Part shown: positions 10,093 through 19,824 of the stretch, piece by piece
Numbering within the stretch: position 1 is the first letter of the stretch
How the letters are laid out: each line of letters begins with the position of its first letter
From: Patescibacteria group bacterium
GTDB lineage: Bacteria; Patescibacteriota; Patescibacteriia; UBA9934; GWF2-40-263
Direction: 5' to 3'
NCBI GenBank assembly: GCA_041661745.1
Contig: JBAZTR010000003.1
Span: 11,965 to 75,964 of the forward strand
DNA length: 64,000 nt
Position numbers and translations under genes: made by a program
Notes under the pieces: model-generated
The model's input: only the letters and a program-made list of their open reading frames with translations
What the model was told of the DNA's origin: nothing
Database searches by the model: none

Positions 10093-10742
10093 TTACTGCT
10101 TAATTCTAACAAATTGACGAAGATTTTCAAGAGCTAAATTCGCCGTCTCCTTACCGCTGACATGAATGGCTCGGCCACCCAGGCCAGCGAAAAAATTACA
10201 CGTGTTCAAAGAATCATCAATTAAAAAAGAGTCATGAATCGGCACACCAAACTCGCGCAAAGCTGCCAAAAAAGACTCCCCGTCTTTTTCTGTTTTCAAA
10301 TATCCCAAGTCGGAAGAAACAACGATTTTATCAAAAACTTCGTCGAGTTTTAATGCCGGTACGGTAAAACGAGTGAAACAATCCATATTCCCGGTAACCA
10401 AAACAACATAAGCCGAGGAACGAAGTTTATAAATAGCTTCTCTCAAGGCGTTATCTAAGACCATAGTACAACCAAGGCGTTATCTAAGACCATAGTACAA
10501 CAGGTCGCGGTAAAATCTTGCCACAACAGGTCGTATGGCAAACCGGTCCATTCGGCAACCAAACTATTTATCTCCTCTGAAGAATATTGCCCGCGCATCC
10601 AGTCGTCATGCAAGGCTGGTCCATCACCAAAAATTTTTTCGTGGGCAACTTTCATTTCATCCTGGTCACGCAGACGACGCCAAAATTTATCACAACAAAG
10701 GGTACCGGACCAGTCGACAAAAATGACGAATTTCTTATCCAT
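10093..10742 (-). pseudogene. HAD-family hydrolase split by a 29-bp tandem duplication
   Basis: The N-half has motif I (FVDWSGTL) and the C-half has VTGN, K and IDD motifs; both ORFs share MVLDNAL because of the duplication at 10444-10501. Confidence 0.85.
10444..10501. repeat. Perfect 29-bp tandem duplication
   Basis: CAAGGCGTTATCTAAGACCATAGTACAAC x2 (10444-10472, 10473-10501). Confidence 0.97.
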
Positions 10743-10803
10743 AACTTTGTTAAATTACCATAATTAAAACCAGCCGTCGAAGGTTATTAAATACCAATGA
10801 ATA

Positions 10804-10832
10804 TTGACCGCCTGGTCGAAACCTGCTAAATT
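10804..10832 (+). promoter_or_regulatory. sigma70-like promoter
   Basis: TTGACC-17 bp-TAAATT with extended TG. Confidence 0.6.
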
Positions 10833-10884
10833 AAACGGCCGACTGAAACACGATTGCCGCCCAGTTAGGCGGATTGGAGGAATT

Positions 10885-11430
10885 ATGGTCGGACGCAAAC
10901 ATTCCAAGACCGAGCTCGCCATCCTCGCCGGGATGCTGGTCTGCATCATCATCGGCGTGACCACCGCAGTGTGGTCTGGTGAGAAGTCCGCGCCGACTGT
11001 CCAGGATTTCCCGCCCGTCGGCAAGTACGGCATGCTCCTCTGTGTGCCGCAGGGCGGCAAGGAGGGCGATACCCTCGAGATCTACCTTGCCAACTCCACC
11101 CTGATGAACTGCCAGCCCACCCAGCCGAGCCGCATACTCGTTCTCCGGCCCGAGGGAGACAAGGGGATGTGCGGCAGGGTCGACGCCTGCCTCAACCCCG
11201 GCACTGCCACCGAGATCAAGGTGATGGGGCCGCCGCCGTTCGGACAGGTTGATCTCTGGTCGTACTGGGCGAAGACCCGGGACGGCTCGGGGTCCGAAGT
11301 GCGAGGCGAGGGACGGATCATCCTCAAGGCCGAGAACGACTTCAGCGCCGTGGTGCTGGTCGTGTCCCGGCTCGCGACCTATGGGCTCATGATAGAACGG
11401 CCCGATTCCGTGGGGCCGCTCGCCAAGTGA
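10885..11430 (+). CDS. GC-rich membrane-anchored hypothetical protein
   Basis: GGAGG SD 4 nt upstream of ATG 10885; N-terminal TM segment; strong GC3 bias. Confidence 0.75.
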   Translation: MVGRKHSKTELAILAGMLVCIIIGVTTAVWSGEKSAPTVQDFPPVGKYGMLLCVPQGGKEGDTLEIYLANSTLMNCQPTQPSRILVLRPEGDKGMCGRVDACLNPGTATEIKVMGPPPFGQVDLWSYWAKTRDGSGSEVRGEGRIILKAENDFSAVVLVVSRLATYGLMIERPDSVGPLAK

Positions 11431-11445
11431 GCGCGGCTTCCTCAT

Positions 11446-11476
11446 GTCCTGTTCGTGGAAACGACAGGACTTTTTT
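11446..11476 (+). terminator. Rho-independent terminator
   Basis: GTCCTGTTCGT-GGAA-ACGACAGGAC followed by T6. Confidence 0.7.
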
Positions 11477-11514
11477 ATTTCAAAAACCAGCCGTCGAAAC
11501 GGCTGGCTAAAAAC

Positions 11515-11545
11515 CTACAAGCTACTTCCTACCTCCTACAAGCTA
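11515..11545. repeat. Heptamer tandem repeat (CTACAAG/CTACTTC/CTACCTC family)
   Basis: CCTACAAGCTACTTCCTACCTCCTACAAGCT; related arrays at 17803-17906 and 27385-27418. Confidence 0.7.
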
Positions 11546-13162
11546 GTACATCATCCCTGCCCCACCACCATGCTCGTGTTCCGGTTCTTCTTTTTTCGGC
11601 AAATCGGTCACCGCTGCCTCAGTGGTCAAAACCATAACCGCAATGGAGGCGGCATTTTGTAACGCTGAACGAGTTACTTTAGCCGGATCAATAATGCCAG
11701 CCATCAGCATGTCTTCATAAACATCAGTCTCGGCGTTGTAGCCAAAACCGGCTTCGCCTGATTTAACTTTATCAACCACCACTGATCCATCTTTACCGGC
11801 ATTGGCGGCAATCATACGAATCGGTTCCTCCAAAGCGCGACGAAGGATATCAAGACCAATGCGTTCTTCGCCAATAGTAATAACTGTGTCGAGAACTTTT
11901 AAGACACGCAAATAGGCCACACCACCGCCCGGGACAATTCCCTCTTCCACTGCAGCTTTGGTGGCCGCCACGGCGTCTTCAATACGATGTTTCTTTTCTT
12001 TCATTTCGGTTTCCGTGGCCGCACCAACTTTGATAACTGCCACACCGCCGGCCAATTTGGCAATACGCTCTTGAATTTTTTCTTTTTCAAAATCAGATTC
12101 CGTTGTCTCTAATTGCTTTTTAAGACTCAGAACGCGTGCTTCAACAACATCTTTGGCTCCGGCTCCGTCAACAATAATAGTATGGTCCTTATCGGCCACA
12201 ACTTTTCGTGCTCGACCAAGATCAGCGAGCTCAATAGCATCAAGTTTCAAACCAACTTCGTCGGAAATAACTCGCCCGCCAGTGACAATAGCCAAATCTT
12301 CCAACATGGCTTTGCGACGATCACCAAAACCCGGGGCTTTAACTGCCAAAATATTATAAACGCCACGAAGTTTGTTGTAGACAAGAGTCGTTAATGCTTC
12401 GCCGTCAACATCCTCGGCAATAATCACCAGCTCCTTACGACCGGTTTGCGCCACTTTTTCTAGAAGCGGAAGCAAATCTTGAATCGAACTAATTTTTTTA
12501 TCAGTGATTAAAAGCAAAGCATCGTTATATTCGGATTCCATGCGATCGGGATTGGTAATCAAATAGGGCGAAACATAACCTCGATCAAATTGCATTCCTT
12601 CAACCACCTCAACCTCAACACCAAACGACTGCGATTCTTCAACCGTAATCACCCCGTTCTCGCCAACCTTGGCCATAGCCTCGGCAATCTTGCAGCCGAT
12701 CTCTTTATCATTGGCCGAAATGGAAGCGACCTGCTCAATCTCCGCGCCTTTAATTGGGGTGGCGATTTTTTTAATCTCACTGACAATCGCTTCAACCCCT
12801 TTTTCAATCCCGCGACGTAAAAGTTGCGGATTGGTACCGGCCGTAACATTGCGAATACCTTCGGCGATAAGGGCTTGAGCTAAAACTGTGGCCGTAGTTG
12901 TACCATCACCGGCCACATCATTGGTTTTGGAAGCAACTTCTTTTACTAATTCTGCGCCAAGATTTTCAAACTTGTCTTCAAGTTCAATTTCTTTGGCCAC
13001 GGTTACGCCATCTTTGGTCACGGTCGGTGCGCCATAGCCTTTATCCAAAATAACATTACGACCGCGTGGCCCCAAAGTAACTTTCACAGCATTGGCCACT
13101 TGGTCAACGCCTTTTTTTAATTTGTGACGAACCTCTTCGTTGAAAAGTAATTGCTTAGCCAT
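11543..13162 (-). CDS. groEL: Chaperonin GroEL
   Basis: [22 protein letters not shown] motifs; GGAGMMY tail. Confidence 0.99.
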   Translation of the reverse strand: MAKQLLFNEEVRHKLKKGVDQVANAVKVTLGPRGRNVILDKGYGAPTVTKDGVTVAKEIELEDKFENLGAELVKEVASKTNDVAGDGTTTATVLAQALIAEGIRNVTAGTNPQLLRRGIEKGVEAIVSEIKKIATPIKGAEIEQVASISANDKEIGCKIAEAMAKVGENGVITVEESQSFGVEVEVVEGMQFDRGYVSPYLITNPDRMESEYNDALLLITDKKISSIQDLLPLLEKVAQTGRKELVIIAEDVDGEALTTLVYNKLRGVYNILAVKAPGFGDRRKAMLEDLAIVTGGRVISDEVGLKLDAIELADLGRARKVVADKDHTIIVDGAGAKDVVEARVLSLKKQLETTESDFEKEKIQERIAKLAGGVAVIKVGAATETEMKEKKHRIEDAVAATKAAVEEGIVPGGGVAYLRVLKVLDTVITIGEERIGLDILRRALEEPIRMIAANAGKDGSVVVDKVKSGEAGFGYNAETDVYEDMLMAGIIDPAKVTRSALQNAASIAVMVLTTEAAVTDLPKKEEPEHEHGGGAGMMY

Positions 13163-13163
13163 A

Positions 13164-13454
13164 TTATTCAATAATCGCGATTACCTCGCTTAAATTAATT
13201 ACCAAAAAAGTTTGCCCGTCGATTTTAATTTCCTCGGGCGAATACTTTTTAAAAACAACTTTCTGGCCAGCCGAGACTTCCATTGGCGCGCGTGAACCAT
13301 TATCAAGAATCCGGCCTGGACCAACAGCAATAACTTCGCCGCGCTCCGGACGATCTTTGTCAACGGTATCCGGCAAAACAATACCGGCTTTGGTTATTTC
13401 CTCATTGGAAAGTGGCTTCACAATAATGTGATCGCCAAGTGGTTTTAAGGTCAT
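13164..13454 (-). CDS. groES: Co-chaperonin GroES
   Basis: [10 protein letters not shown]...GIVLPDT...GEVIAVGPG. Confidence 0.98.
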   Translation of the reverse strand: MTLKPLGDHIIVKPLSNEEITKAGIVLPDTVDKDRPERGEVIAVGPGRILDNGSRAPMEVSAGQKVVFKKYSPEEIKIDGQTFLVINLSEVIAIIE

Positions 13455-13513
13455 AAAAAATAAAAGATAATAACCATCTAAGGTTATTATCTTGTCGTTT
13501 TTTGATAATTTTG

Positions 13514-14788
13514 TCAACTATTAATTTGCTGGTTAGTGGGCTTGGAGATAACCACCAAAACCACGGCCACTAGGGCCAAACCAGCCCACTGGCTCCAAAG
13601 ATAATGATCAAAGACACCGAGAACAGCAAGAGAAACAAGGGGACTAAGGGACGGGAGAGACTGAAGAGACTGGCCGGAAAAAAGTACCCACAAAAAATAG
13701 ATTAAAAAAACCAAACCCAATAAACCAGTCTCAGCAAAGAAAAGAAGGTAGGAATTGTGCATTGGTTGATACGACCAGACCGGTTGGCCGGGATAAAGTT
13801 TTTCTAAAGCTAGAGTGTAGGCACCTGGACCAACACCGACAAACGGATTTGTTTTTATTACTTCGCCGATCATGTGATACTCACTCTGCCGTTCCGTTAA
13901 CGATTGTTCTTCCAAACGATCGGCCGCGGCCACGCGAGTAAAAACCGCGTCGGAAAATAGGGCAAGCGGAGCGGCCGCGGCCAAAATGACAATAATCAAA
14001 CCAAGTAAAAATTTTTGCGGTATTTTTTTTCTGGAAATAACACTGCTGACAAAAAAGAAAATTATTCCGACAATCAAAGCCAACCAGGCCGAACGGGAAA
14101 ATGTCACTACCAAAGTTGATGACAATAAAACCAGGATCGCCACAAGAGCTGGCCGCTTTGAAAATCGTAACAAAATCATCATCACGACCACGGCCAAATA
14201 TCCACCAAAAATATTCGGGTGGGCGAAAGTGCCATAGGCCCGCATCAAACGCTCGCCAATTACTTCAACCACCGAGGTGCCGGGCGTTGCCGCCAAATGT
14301 TCGGCTAAACCGAACAGGGTCGAAGCCGGACTGACACCAACAAAAACTTGCCACCAACCAATAAGACTCGGCACAATCAGCCCAAGCGAAAAAAACCAAA
14401 TAATTTTTCTAGTCTCGATTCGTTCATCAAGCAAAAGCCAAAACAAAAGCAGGGCGGAAAAAAGATGAAAAAGAAAAGCCCCGGACAAATAAAAATTTAT
14501 TGATAAAAAAGAAACAAAAACCGTGGCCGCAAAAAACAACCAAAGGGTGGCCATTATTTTTTTAGTCGTCTCGTTCTTCTTCGCTTCCCATCTCAACAAA
14601 ACAGCAACAACAATTAAGGCTTGAACAGCATAATGGGTCATCTTACCGTACTCCCACCCTTCCCCGCCGAAGGTTCCGAGCCCGGTCGAGGAGTTAAGGG
14701 TCAGTGAATTATAAATCCACACTGTCTGCCACGGCAGAAGAAACAAACAAAGATAGGTTAAAAAATTAGCTAGCTCCGTACGCTTCAT
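13514..14788 (-). CDS. O-antigen ligase/Wzy-like membrane protein
   Basis: RAYGTFAHPNIFGGYL, TFSRSAW, GVGPG, HNSYL...ETGLLG. Confidence 0.88.
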   Translation of the reverse strand: MKRTELANFLTYLCLFLLPWQTVWIYNSLTLNSSTGLGTFGGEGWEYGKMTHYAVQALIVVAVLLRWEAKKNETTKKIMATLWLFFAATVFVSFLSINFYLSGAFLFHLFSALLLFWLLLDERIETRKIIWFFSLGLIVPSLIGWWQVFVGVSPASTLFGLAEHLAATPGTSVVEVIGERLMRAYGTFAHPNIFGGYLAVVVMMILLRFSKRPALVAILVLLSSTLVVTFSRSAWLALIVGIIFFFVSSVISRKKIPQKFLLGLIIVILAAAAPLALFSDAVFTRVAAADRLEEQSLTERQSEYHMIGEVIKTNPFVGVGPGAYTLALEKLYPGQPVWSYQPMHNSYLLFFAETGLLGLVFLIYFLWVLFSGQSLQSLPSLSPLVSLAVLGVFDHYLWSQWAGLALVAVVLVVISKPTNQQINS

Positions 14789-15689
14789 AAATTTTTTTCC
14801 ATTCGTCGCGAAAATGGGCGCGACGGTCGTTTAGATGAAATTTAAGAACACTGTCAGAAACAACAACTCGCGAATCTAGATTAGCCGCGTTTTTTATTGG
14901 TTCGGGGAGAAACTTTTGCTGAAAACGTTTGGCTAGGGTTTCGAGAAAATCCCCCACCCCTTTTCGCCACGTCTGGTGGGGCGACCTTCCCCTCCCCCGG
15001 GGTTGGGAGGGGACCAGAAATGCATTTGGTAAAAAATTAAAAGCCCAGTTATTTTTTTCGTTAAGACGGTTTTGAATTTCATCGCGATCAAAAACCGGAA
15101 CAAGCGAAGCTAGCCAATAAGCCATGTACGGATCCCCTTCGGACAAAAGAAGATCTTTTAAAGATAAATTTTCGTCAGTAACAAAAAAGGAAAAACAGAA
15201 CGGATCAACGGTTGTTTGCTTCGGTCGACGGCCGAGCAGACGGAATGGTGTCACCAGCAAAAGCCGGGTTAGCCAAATTGTCCCTGGCGAAACAACAATA
15301 AACAAATCAATATCACTTTCCGGTGCCGTGTGATGCCAGGCTAAAGTATTGCAAGCAAAAACCGCCCGGACAAAAGGGAAAAAAGAAAAATATTTAGCCG
15401 CCCACCCAAGTTTTTTAAACTTGCGGGCCGCATCCAAAAAACGTTCCTGATGAGTGGCAATAATACCTTCAGCTGAACGGCCGCCCAAAACGAATAAACC
15501 TTCTTTGGCCTCCAGTCGACCACGAAGCCAAAGGCTGGTTCGCAGAGTTTCCTCAACTTCGGCAAATGAACTTTTTACTCCCAACCACTTCCAGATATCA
15601 AAGGCAGTTAAGGGATAATCAAAAAGCGAAAACCAAGCCACGGTTTTGACGATGCCGGCTTCTAGAACTGATGGTTTGACCTGATCCAT
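14766..15689 (-). CDS. Nucleotidyltransferase-fold hypothetical protein
   Basis: FDYPLT and ESDIDLFIV motifs (Pol-beta-like DxD). Confidence 0.65.
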   Translation of the reverse strand: MDQVKPSVLEAGIVKTVAWFSLFDYPLTAFDIWKWLGVKSSFAEVEETLRTSLWLRGRLEAKEGLFVLGGRSAEGIIATHQERFLDAARKFKKLGWAAKYFSFFPFVRAVFACNTLAWHHTAPESDIDLFIVVSPGTIWLTRLLLVTPFRLLGRRPKQTTVDPFCFSFFVTDENLSLKDLLLSEGDPYMAYWLASLVPVFDRDEIQNRLNEKNNWAFNFLPNAFLVPSQPRGRGRSPHQTWRKGVGDFLETLAKRFQQKFLPEPIKNAANLDSRVVVSDSVLKFHLNDRRAHFRDEWKKIYEAYGAS

Positions 15690-15733
15690 ACGCAGGTATC
15701 TTATCACGCCCAAAATCAAACCTTGTGGATAAC

Positions 15734-15762
15734 AAAATCGCTCCGTGATGGAGCGATTTTTT
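15734..15762. terminator. Bidirectional intrinsic terminator after yidC
   Basis: AAAATCGCTCC-GTGAT-GGAGCGATTTT. Confidence 0.75.
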
Positions 15763-15764
15763 GT

Positions 15765-16505
15765 TTATTTTGTTTCGGCAACGGCAACTGTTTCAACCTT
15801 TTTTTTCTTAAAAGCCAAAGCTTGTTGCAGAATGGCAAAGAGGTTCATGATAATCCAGTAAAGAGTGAGACCGCCAGGCAATGTTGCCCCAATAACCACA
15901 GTCATGACCGGCATAAAATACAACATTGATTTGTTCATTTGGGCCATCATGTCTTCGTCCTTGGCCCCGGGATCCTTACGAACAGACAACGGTGGACGCT
16001 TAGCCATTAACATTTTGGTCTGAATGAACTGCAGAATACCGGCCAAGATGGCCATGACAATGTACGGCTCGGCCAAATTGATAAAACCTAAAAAGTTTAA
16101 ATTAATTGATTCTGGCCGCGCGACAAATGAATACAGGTTAACCAAACTATCCATGTTCATGCCGTCGTTTAACACGCGATAAAGTGCCCACAAAATCGGC
16201 AACTGAATCAGCAAAGGCAAACAAGACGACATTGGATTAACCTTTTCTTCTTTATACAAATTCATCATGGCTTTGGCCAAGGCTTCTTTATTGTCCTTAT
16301 ACTCAACCTTTAAAGCTTCAAGTTTTGGCTGAAGATCTTGCAAGGCTTTTTGTGACTTGATTGAGGTCCGTGACAATGGCCATAGTGCCAATCTGACCAA
16401 AAGAGAAATGCCAATAATGGCAAAGCCCAAGTCCTGACCAGGAATGACATTATAAAGCCAAATCAGCAGGTTAAAGAGCGGTTGGTATAAAATTGTATGA
16501 AACAT
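15765..16505 (-). CDS. yidC: Membrane protein insertase YidC
   Basis: LQPKLEALK...NPMSSCLPLLIQLPILWALY...GLTLYW. Confidence 0.96.
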   Translation of the reverse strand: MFHTILYQPLFNLLIWLYNVIPGQDLGFAIIGISLLVRLALWPLSRTSIKSQKALQDLQPKLEALKVEYKDNKEALAKAMMNLYKEEKVNPMSSCLPLLIQLPILWALYRVLNDGMNMDSLVNLYSFVARPESINLNFLGFINLAEPYIVMAILAGILQFIQTKMLMAKRPPLSVRKDPGAKDEDMMAQMNKSMLYFMPVMTVVIGATLPGGLTLYWIIMNLFAILQQALAFKKKKVETVAVAETK

Positions 16506-16514
16506 AAAGGAAAA

Positions 16515-17795
16515 TTATTCCTCGGTTTTCTCTTCGGTTTCTTGTTCTTTTACTTCTTCGATTTTTTCAGTTTTCTCAGTCTCTTCAGTACCATCAGTCC
16601 CCTCAGTCTCTGCCACAGCCACCGCACCATCCTCAGTCACATTAATCTTCCAGCCGGTTAAGCGCGCGGCCAAACGAACATTTTGTCCGCCCTTACCAAT
16701 AGCCAAAGAAAGTTGATCAGCGGCCACTTTAACTAAAGCTAAACGCTCGGCTTCAACCAATTCAACGCTTTTAACTTTAGACGGGGCCAAGGAATGGGAA
16801 ATAAAGGCCACCGGGTCATCGCTCCATTCGATTAAGTCGATCTTTTCACCACCCAGAGCGGCAATAACGGTTTGAATACGAGTGCCACGCTGACCAATAC
16901 AAGCGCCAATCGGATCGAGGTTTGGGTCAATGGCCGCCACCGCGACCTTGGAGCGGGCGCCGGCTTCGCGAGCCACGACTTTAATTTCCACGCCACCTTC
17001 GGCAACCTCAGGAATTTCCGTTGTAAACATGGCCTTAACCAATTCTTCAGAAGTGCGAGAAAGTAAAATTTCCGGACCACGATTGCCAATAGCCACTTGG
17101 CGAACAAAAAACTTTAAACGGTCGCCCGGGGCATATCGTTCGTTTTCGATTTGATCTTCCGGTTTTAAAATTCCAACAGTTCGACCAAGATCGACCAGAA
17201 CAATTCGGCCTTCGCGGCGCTGAACAGTGCCGGACAAAACCTTACCTTCTTGATCCTTAAATTCATTAAAGACAATTTCGCGCTCGGCCTCGCGGAGCTT
17301 TTGCATAACGACCTGTTTGGCAGTCATGGCCGCCATACGTCCAAAATCACCCGGCACTGACAAATCGGTACGAATAATATCACCAACCTTTGAACTAAAC
17401 TTTAAGACCCGAGCTTCAGAAATCATGATATCGGTTTTAGGATTAAACTTTGGACCCTCGTCTTCTTCCCCACCAAACACCATGGACGAAGCGTCCTCAC
17501 CACGCGCCCGCGCTTCTTCGCGCGCCTTAGCCGCGGCTTCAAGTTTAACTTTTCGTTCTTCTTCTTTTTTAGCCAACTCTTCCAAATCAACATCCTCAAC
17601 CACGGTCTTAACATCAAAAACTTCCATGTCGCCGGTGGCCGGATCAAAATTAACTTCAATATTTTGGTTGGTGTCACCGAAGTCTTTACGATAAGCCGCG
17701 GCCAAAGCGCTACGAATGGCGTCAAGAACCGTGTCGTAAGACAACCCTTTTTCCTCGCAAATTTGCCGCATGGCTTGTTCTATTGGACTGGACAT
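16515..17795 (-). CDS. nusA: Transcription termination/antitermination factor NusA
   Basis: FGRMAAMTAKQV, AREAGARSKVAV, IGACIGQRG, AIGKGGQNVRLA. Confidence 0.98.
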   Translation of the reverse strand: MSSPIEQAMRQICEEKGLSYDTVLDAIRSALAAAYRKDFGDTNQNIEVNFDPATGDMEVFDVKTVVEDVDLEELAKKEEERKVKLEAAAKAREEARARGEDASSMVFGGEEDEGPKFNPKTDIMISEARVLKFSSKVGDIIRTDLSVPGDFGRMAAMTAKQVVMQKLREAEREIVFNEFKDQEGKVLSGTVQRREGRIVLVDLGRTVGILKPEDQIENERYAPGDRLKFFVRQVAIGNRGPEILLSRTSEELVKAMFTTEIPEVAEGGVEIKVVAREAGARSKVAVAAIDPNLDPIGACIGQRGTRIQTVIAALGGEKIDLIEWSDDPVAFISHSLAPSKVKSVELVEAERLALVKVAADQLSLAIGKGGQNVRLAARLTGWKINVTEDGAVAVAETEGTDGTEETEKTEKIEEVKEQETEEKTEE

Positions 17796-17802
17796 AATAT
17801 TT

Positions 17803-17906
17803 AGCTTGTAGCTGGTAGGAGGTAGCTGGTAGGTCAGGATCTATTTTAGAGTCCGCCTACAAGGCCAGCTAAGCTGGCCAAGCTACAAGCTACTTCCTAC
17901 AAGCTG
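17803..17906. repeat. Inverted pair of heptamer arrays upstream of nusA
   Basis: AGCTTGTAGCTGGTAGGAGGTAGCTGGTAGG ... CTACAAGCTACTTCCTACAAGCT. Confidence 0.75.
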
Positions 17907-17966
17907 TAAATTATTTGCTTAACAAGAGAACCCGTCTTACGACAGGTTCATGATGTCAAGAGCTTA

Positions 17967-18356
17967 TCATTCTTCCCCGCCCGTGTCAACGGCTTCCAAA
18001 TGCTCAATTTCGAAGCTTCCATCCTTTTGGAGAAGCATAGCAATAATATCAAATCTGAATGGAGAATCGACGACTTTATTCTGTTCCATATAGATTTCAG
18101 CTGCCGCCAACATCTTACGCAATTTGGCTTGACCGACCGCGTCTTCCGGGTAACCGAAGTCCAAATTTTTTCTGGCCTTAACTTCGACAAAAATAAGTTC
18201 GTTGTCTTTTTCGCTAATTAAATCAATCTCGCCATGCGGTGTCCTGAACTGATGGGCTAAAATCCGGTAGCCCTTCCCTTCTAAATAACGCGCCGCGGCC
18301 ACCTCTGAAGCGTTACCAAAACGGCGCCGTTTATCCATCGAGCTCGGCTCGAACAT
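17967..18356 (-). CDS. YraN/UPF0102 family endonuclease-like protein
   Basis: G-x-x-x-E..A..YL...GY.IL, GEIDLI, FVEVKAR, RFDII. Confidence 0.93.
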   Translation of the reverse strand: MFEPSSMDKRRRFGNASEVAAARYLEGKGYRILAHQFRTPHGEIDLISEKDNELIFVEVKARKNLDFGYPEDAVGQAKLRKMLAAAEIYMEQNKVVDSPFRFDIIAMLLQKDGSFEIEHLEAVDTGGEE

Positions 18357-18361
18357 AAAAA

Positions 18362-18778
18362 CTATTTTTTACGCGGCAGATATTTTTCTCTTTGACGACG
18401 TAACTCTTCATTTTTCTTTTCCTGCGGAGCAACATGAAAATATCCGTGCCAGATAAAAAACAACCAAACTAATAAACCAACCAACCAAAGCGGGTACCAA
18501 AAGCGCGCGCCAAAAAGGGTAATTTCTTCAAAACTAAAAAACAAAATTAATAAACCCAAACTCCCCATAATCAAACCAAGATGACTCAAGCTCTGCCAGG
18601 TTCGGCTTTTAATACGATCGAGTTGTTTTTTGGCATGGCTCTTAAAACGAAAAAATACTCCAAAAGCAAAGACGAATATAAAGAACGCCAATAAAATCTT
18701 TTCCGTTAAACCGGCTAAAGGGGCCGGCGCAAGAGTAAGCCAATATTTTGGCATGAGGAGAGTGGAGAAATCTAACAT
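18362..18778 (-). CDS. Hypothetical membrane protein
   Basis: 3 hydrophobic segments; EKYLP tail; operon spacing. Confidence 0.7.
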   Translation of the reverse strand: MLDFSTLLMPKYWLTLAPAPLAGLTEKILLAFFIFVFAFGVFFRFKSHAKKQLDRIKSRTWQSLSHLGLIMGSLGLLILFFSFEEITLFGARFWYPLWLVGLLVWLFFIWHGYFHVAPQEKKNEELRRQREKYLPRKK

Positions 18779-18786
18779 AATTTTAA

Positions 18787-19344
18787 TTATCTTATTTTTT
18801 CAAATAAAAAGCCGTAATGGTTCATTCCGGCTCTTAAAGTTTTTAACAAACGAAAACCGCTAGCTTCCAAGGTTTCTTTAATTTTATCCGGTTCAGCTGG
18901 GTGGGCCGACATCAAACTGCCTAGACGAGAATTTTTAAACCAATCGACAATAAGCAGCCGCCCGCCGTTTTTTAAGACGCGATTAACATTCCTAATTGGC
19001 GTACGGCTCTTAAAAAGTACACCAGTAATGTTTATAAGGGAAGCCAGGTCAGCCGAAGCTGCGGGAATTTTTTCCGTGCCGCGCTCGTGTTCCAAATCAC
19101 CCCAAATTGTTTCCAACGGTAAAATTTTTTCCGTTCTAGCCCGTTCGTTAATAGCCGTCAGCGCCCCGGGCAAAATATCAAAAGCATAAACCCGACCCTT
19201 TGTGCCAACCAAGCCAGCGGCCGGAAGAACAAAGTGACCAAGCGTTCCACAACCAAAATCAACATAGGTCTGCCCTTCGGACAAACCGGCCTCTTGTAGA
19301 ATTTTTGCCGCGTCCAATAAGGCACGGCCGGTATGAATGGTCAT
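18787..19344 (-). CDS. Class I SAM-dependent methyltransferase
   Basis: VDFGCGTLGHF, VYAFDI, RVLKNGGRLLIVDW. Confidence 0.88.
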   Translation of the reverse strand: MTIHTGRALLDAAKILQEAGLSEGQTYVDFGCGTLGHFVLPAAGLVGTKGRVYAFDILPGALTAINERARTEKILPLETIWGDLEHERGTEKIPAASADLASLINITGVLFKSRTPIRNVNRVLKNGGRLLIVDWFKNSRLGSLMSAHPAEPDKIKETLEASGFRLLKTLRAGMNHYGFLFEKIR

Positions 19345-19345
19345 A

Positions 19346-19597
19346 TTAACCTGCAACGAACAGACCGGCAAAACTGTTTAAAATATCGGAAATTAAATTA
19401 GTTGCAATAGCCACACCAATAAAGCACACACCCGCGCCGATCAGTTTTAAAAAAGTATTCGTTCCGCCTGAGCCAAGTTTTTCTTCGGCAAATTCAATCA
19501 CTCCGGTCCACTCCTGATAAAGCAAGGTTTTCCAGACCATGTGAAAACCGACAGCCATGACTACCAGGCCCAAAACTAGACGCCAAAAGAGAGACAT
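19346..19597 (-). CDS. Small membrane protein
   Basis: Two TM helices around FAEEKLGSGGT; ATG 19597. Confidence 0.65.
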   Translation of the reverse strand: MSLFWRLVLGLVVMAVGFHMVWKTLLYQEWTGVIEFAEEKLGSGGTNTFLKLIGAGVCFIGVAIATNLISDILNSFAGLFVAG

Positions 19598-19651
19598 ATT
19601 GGTCTTTATTATAGCACAAAACAAAAATAACCGAACAGATTCGGTTATTTT

Positions 19652-19737
19652 TGGTGCGGACGGAGGGATTTGAACCCTCAAGCTCTTGCGAGCACTAGCC
19701 CCTCAAACTAGCGCGTATACCGTTCCGCCACGTCCGC
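19652..19737 (-). tRNA. tRNA-Leu(GAG)
   Basis: GCGGACG acceptor stem, anticodon arm CTAGT-TTGAGGG-GCTAG, long variable arm, TTCAAATC, CCA. Confidence 0.96.
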
Positions 19738-19824
19738 GAATTGCGCCAGTACTATAGCCAAATTTCAAAAAAATGGCAAGACTCGACAATTATCTTAAAA
19801 AAGATTAGAATGTTGAGGAATTTT

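Larger units (their letters stand above)
10766..11498. mobile_element. GC-rich single-gene insertion bounded by 16-bp direct repeats
   Basis: AAAACCAGCCGTCGAA at 10766-10781 and 11483-11498; the insert carries a promoter, SD, ORF and terminator. Confidence 0.65.

Noticed and set aside
10444-10501. 29-bp repeat as a CRISPR array
   Set aside because: Only two abutting copies, no spacer, inside a coding frame, and no cas genes.
15724-15732. Perfect DnaA box (TGTGGATAA) as oriC
   Set aside because: A single box with no cluster, no unwinding element and no dnaA nearby.
16515-16625. NusA C-terminal (E/K/G)TE repeats as an inserted element
   Set aside because: It could be 9-mer-derived, but it is indistinguishable from an ordinary acidic low-complexity tail.
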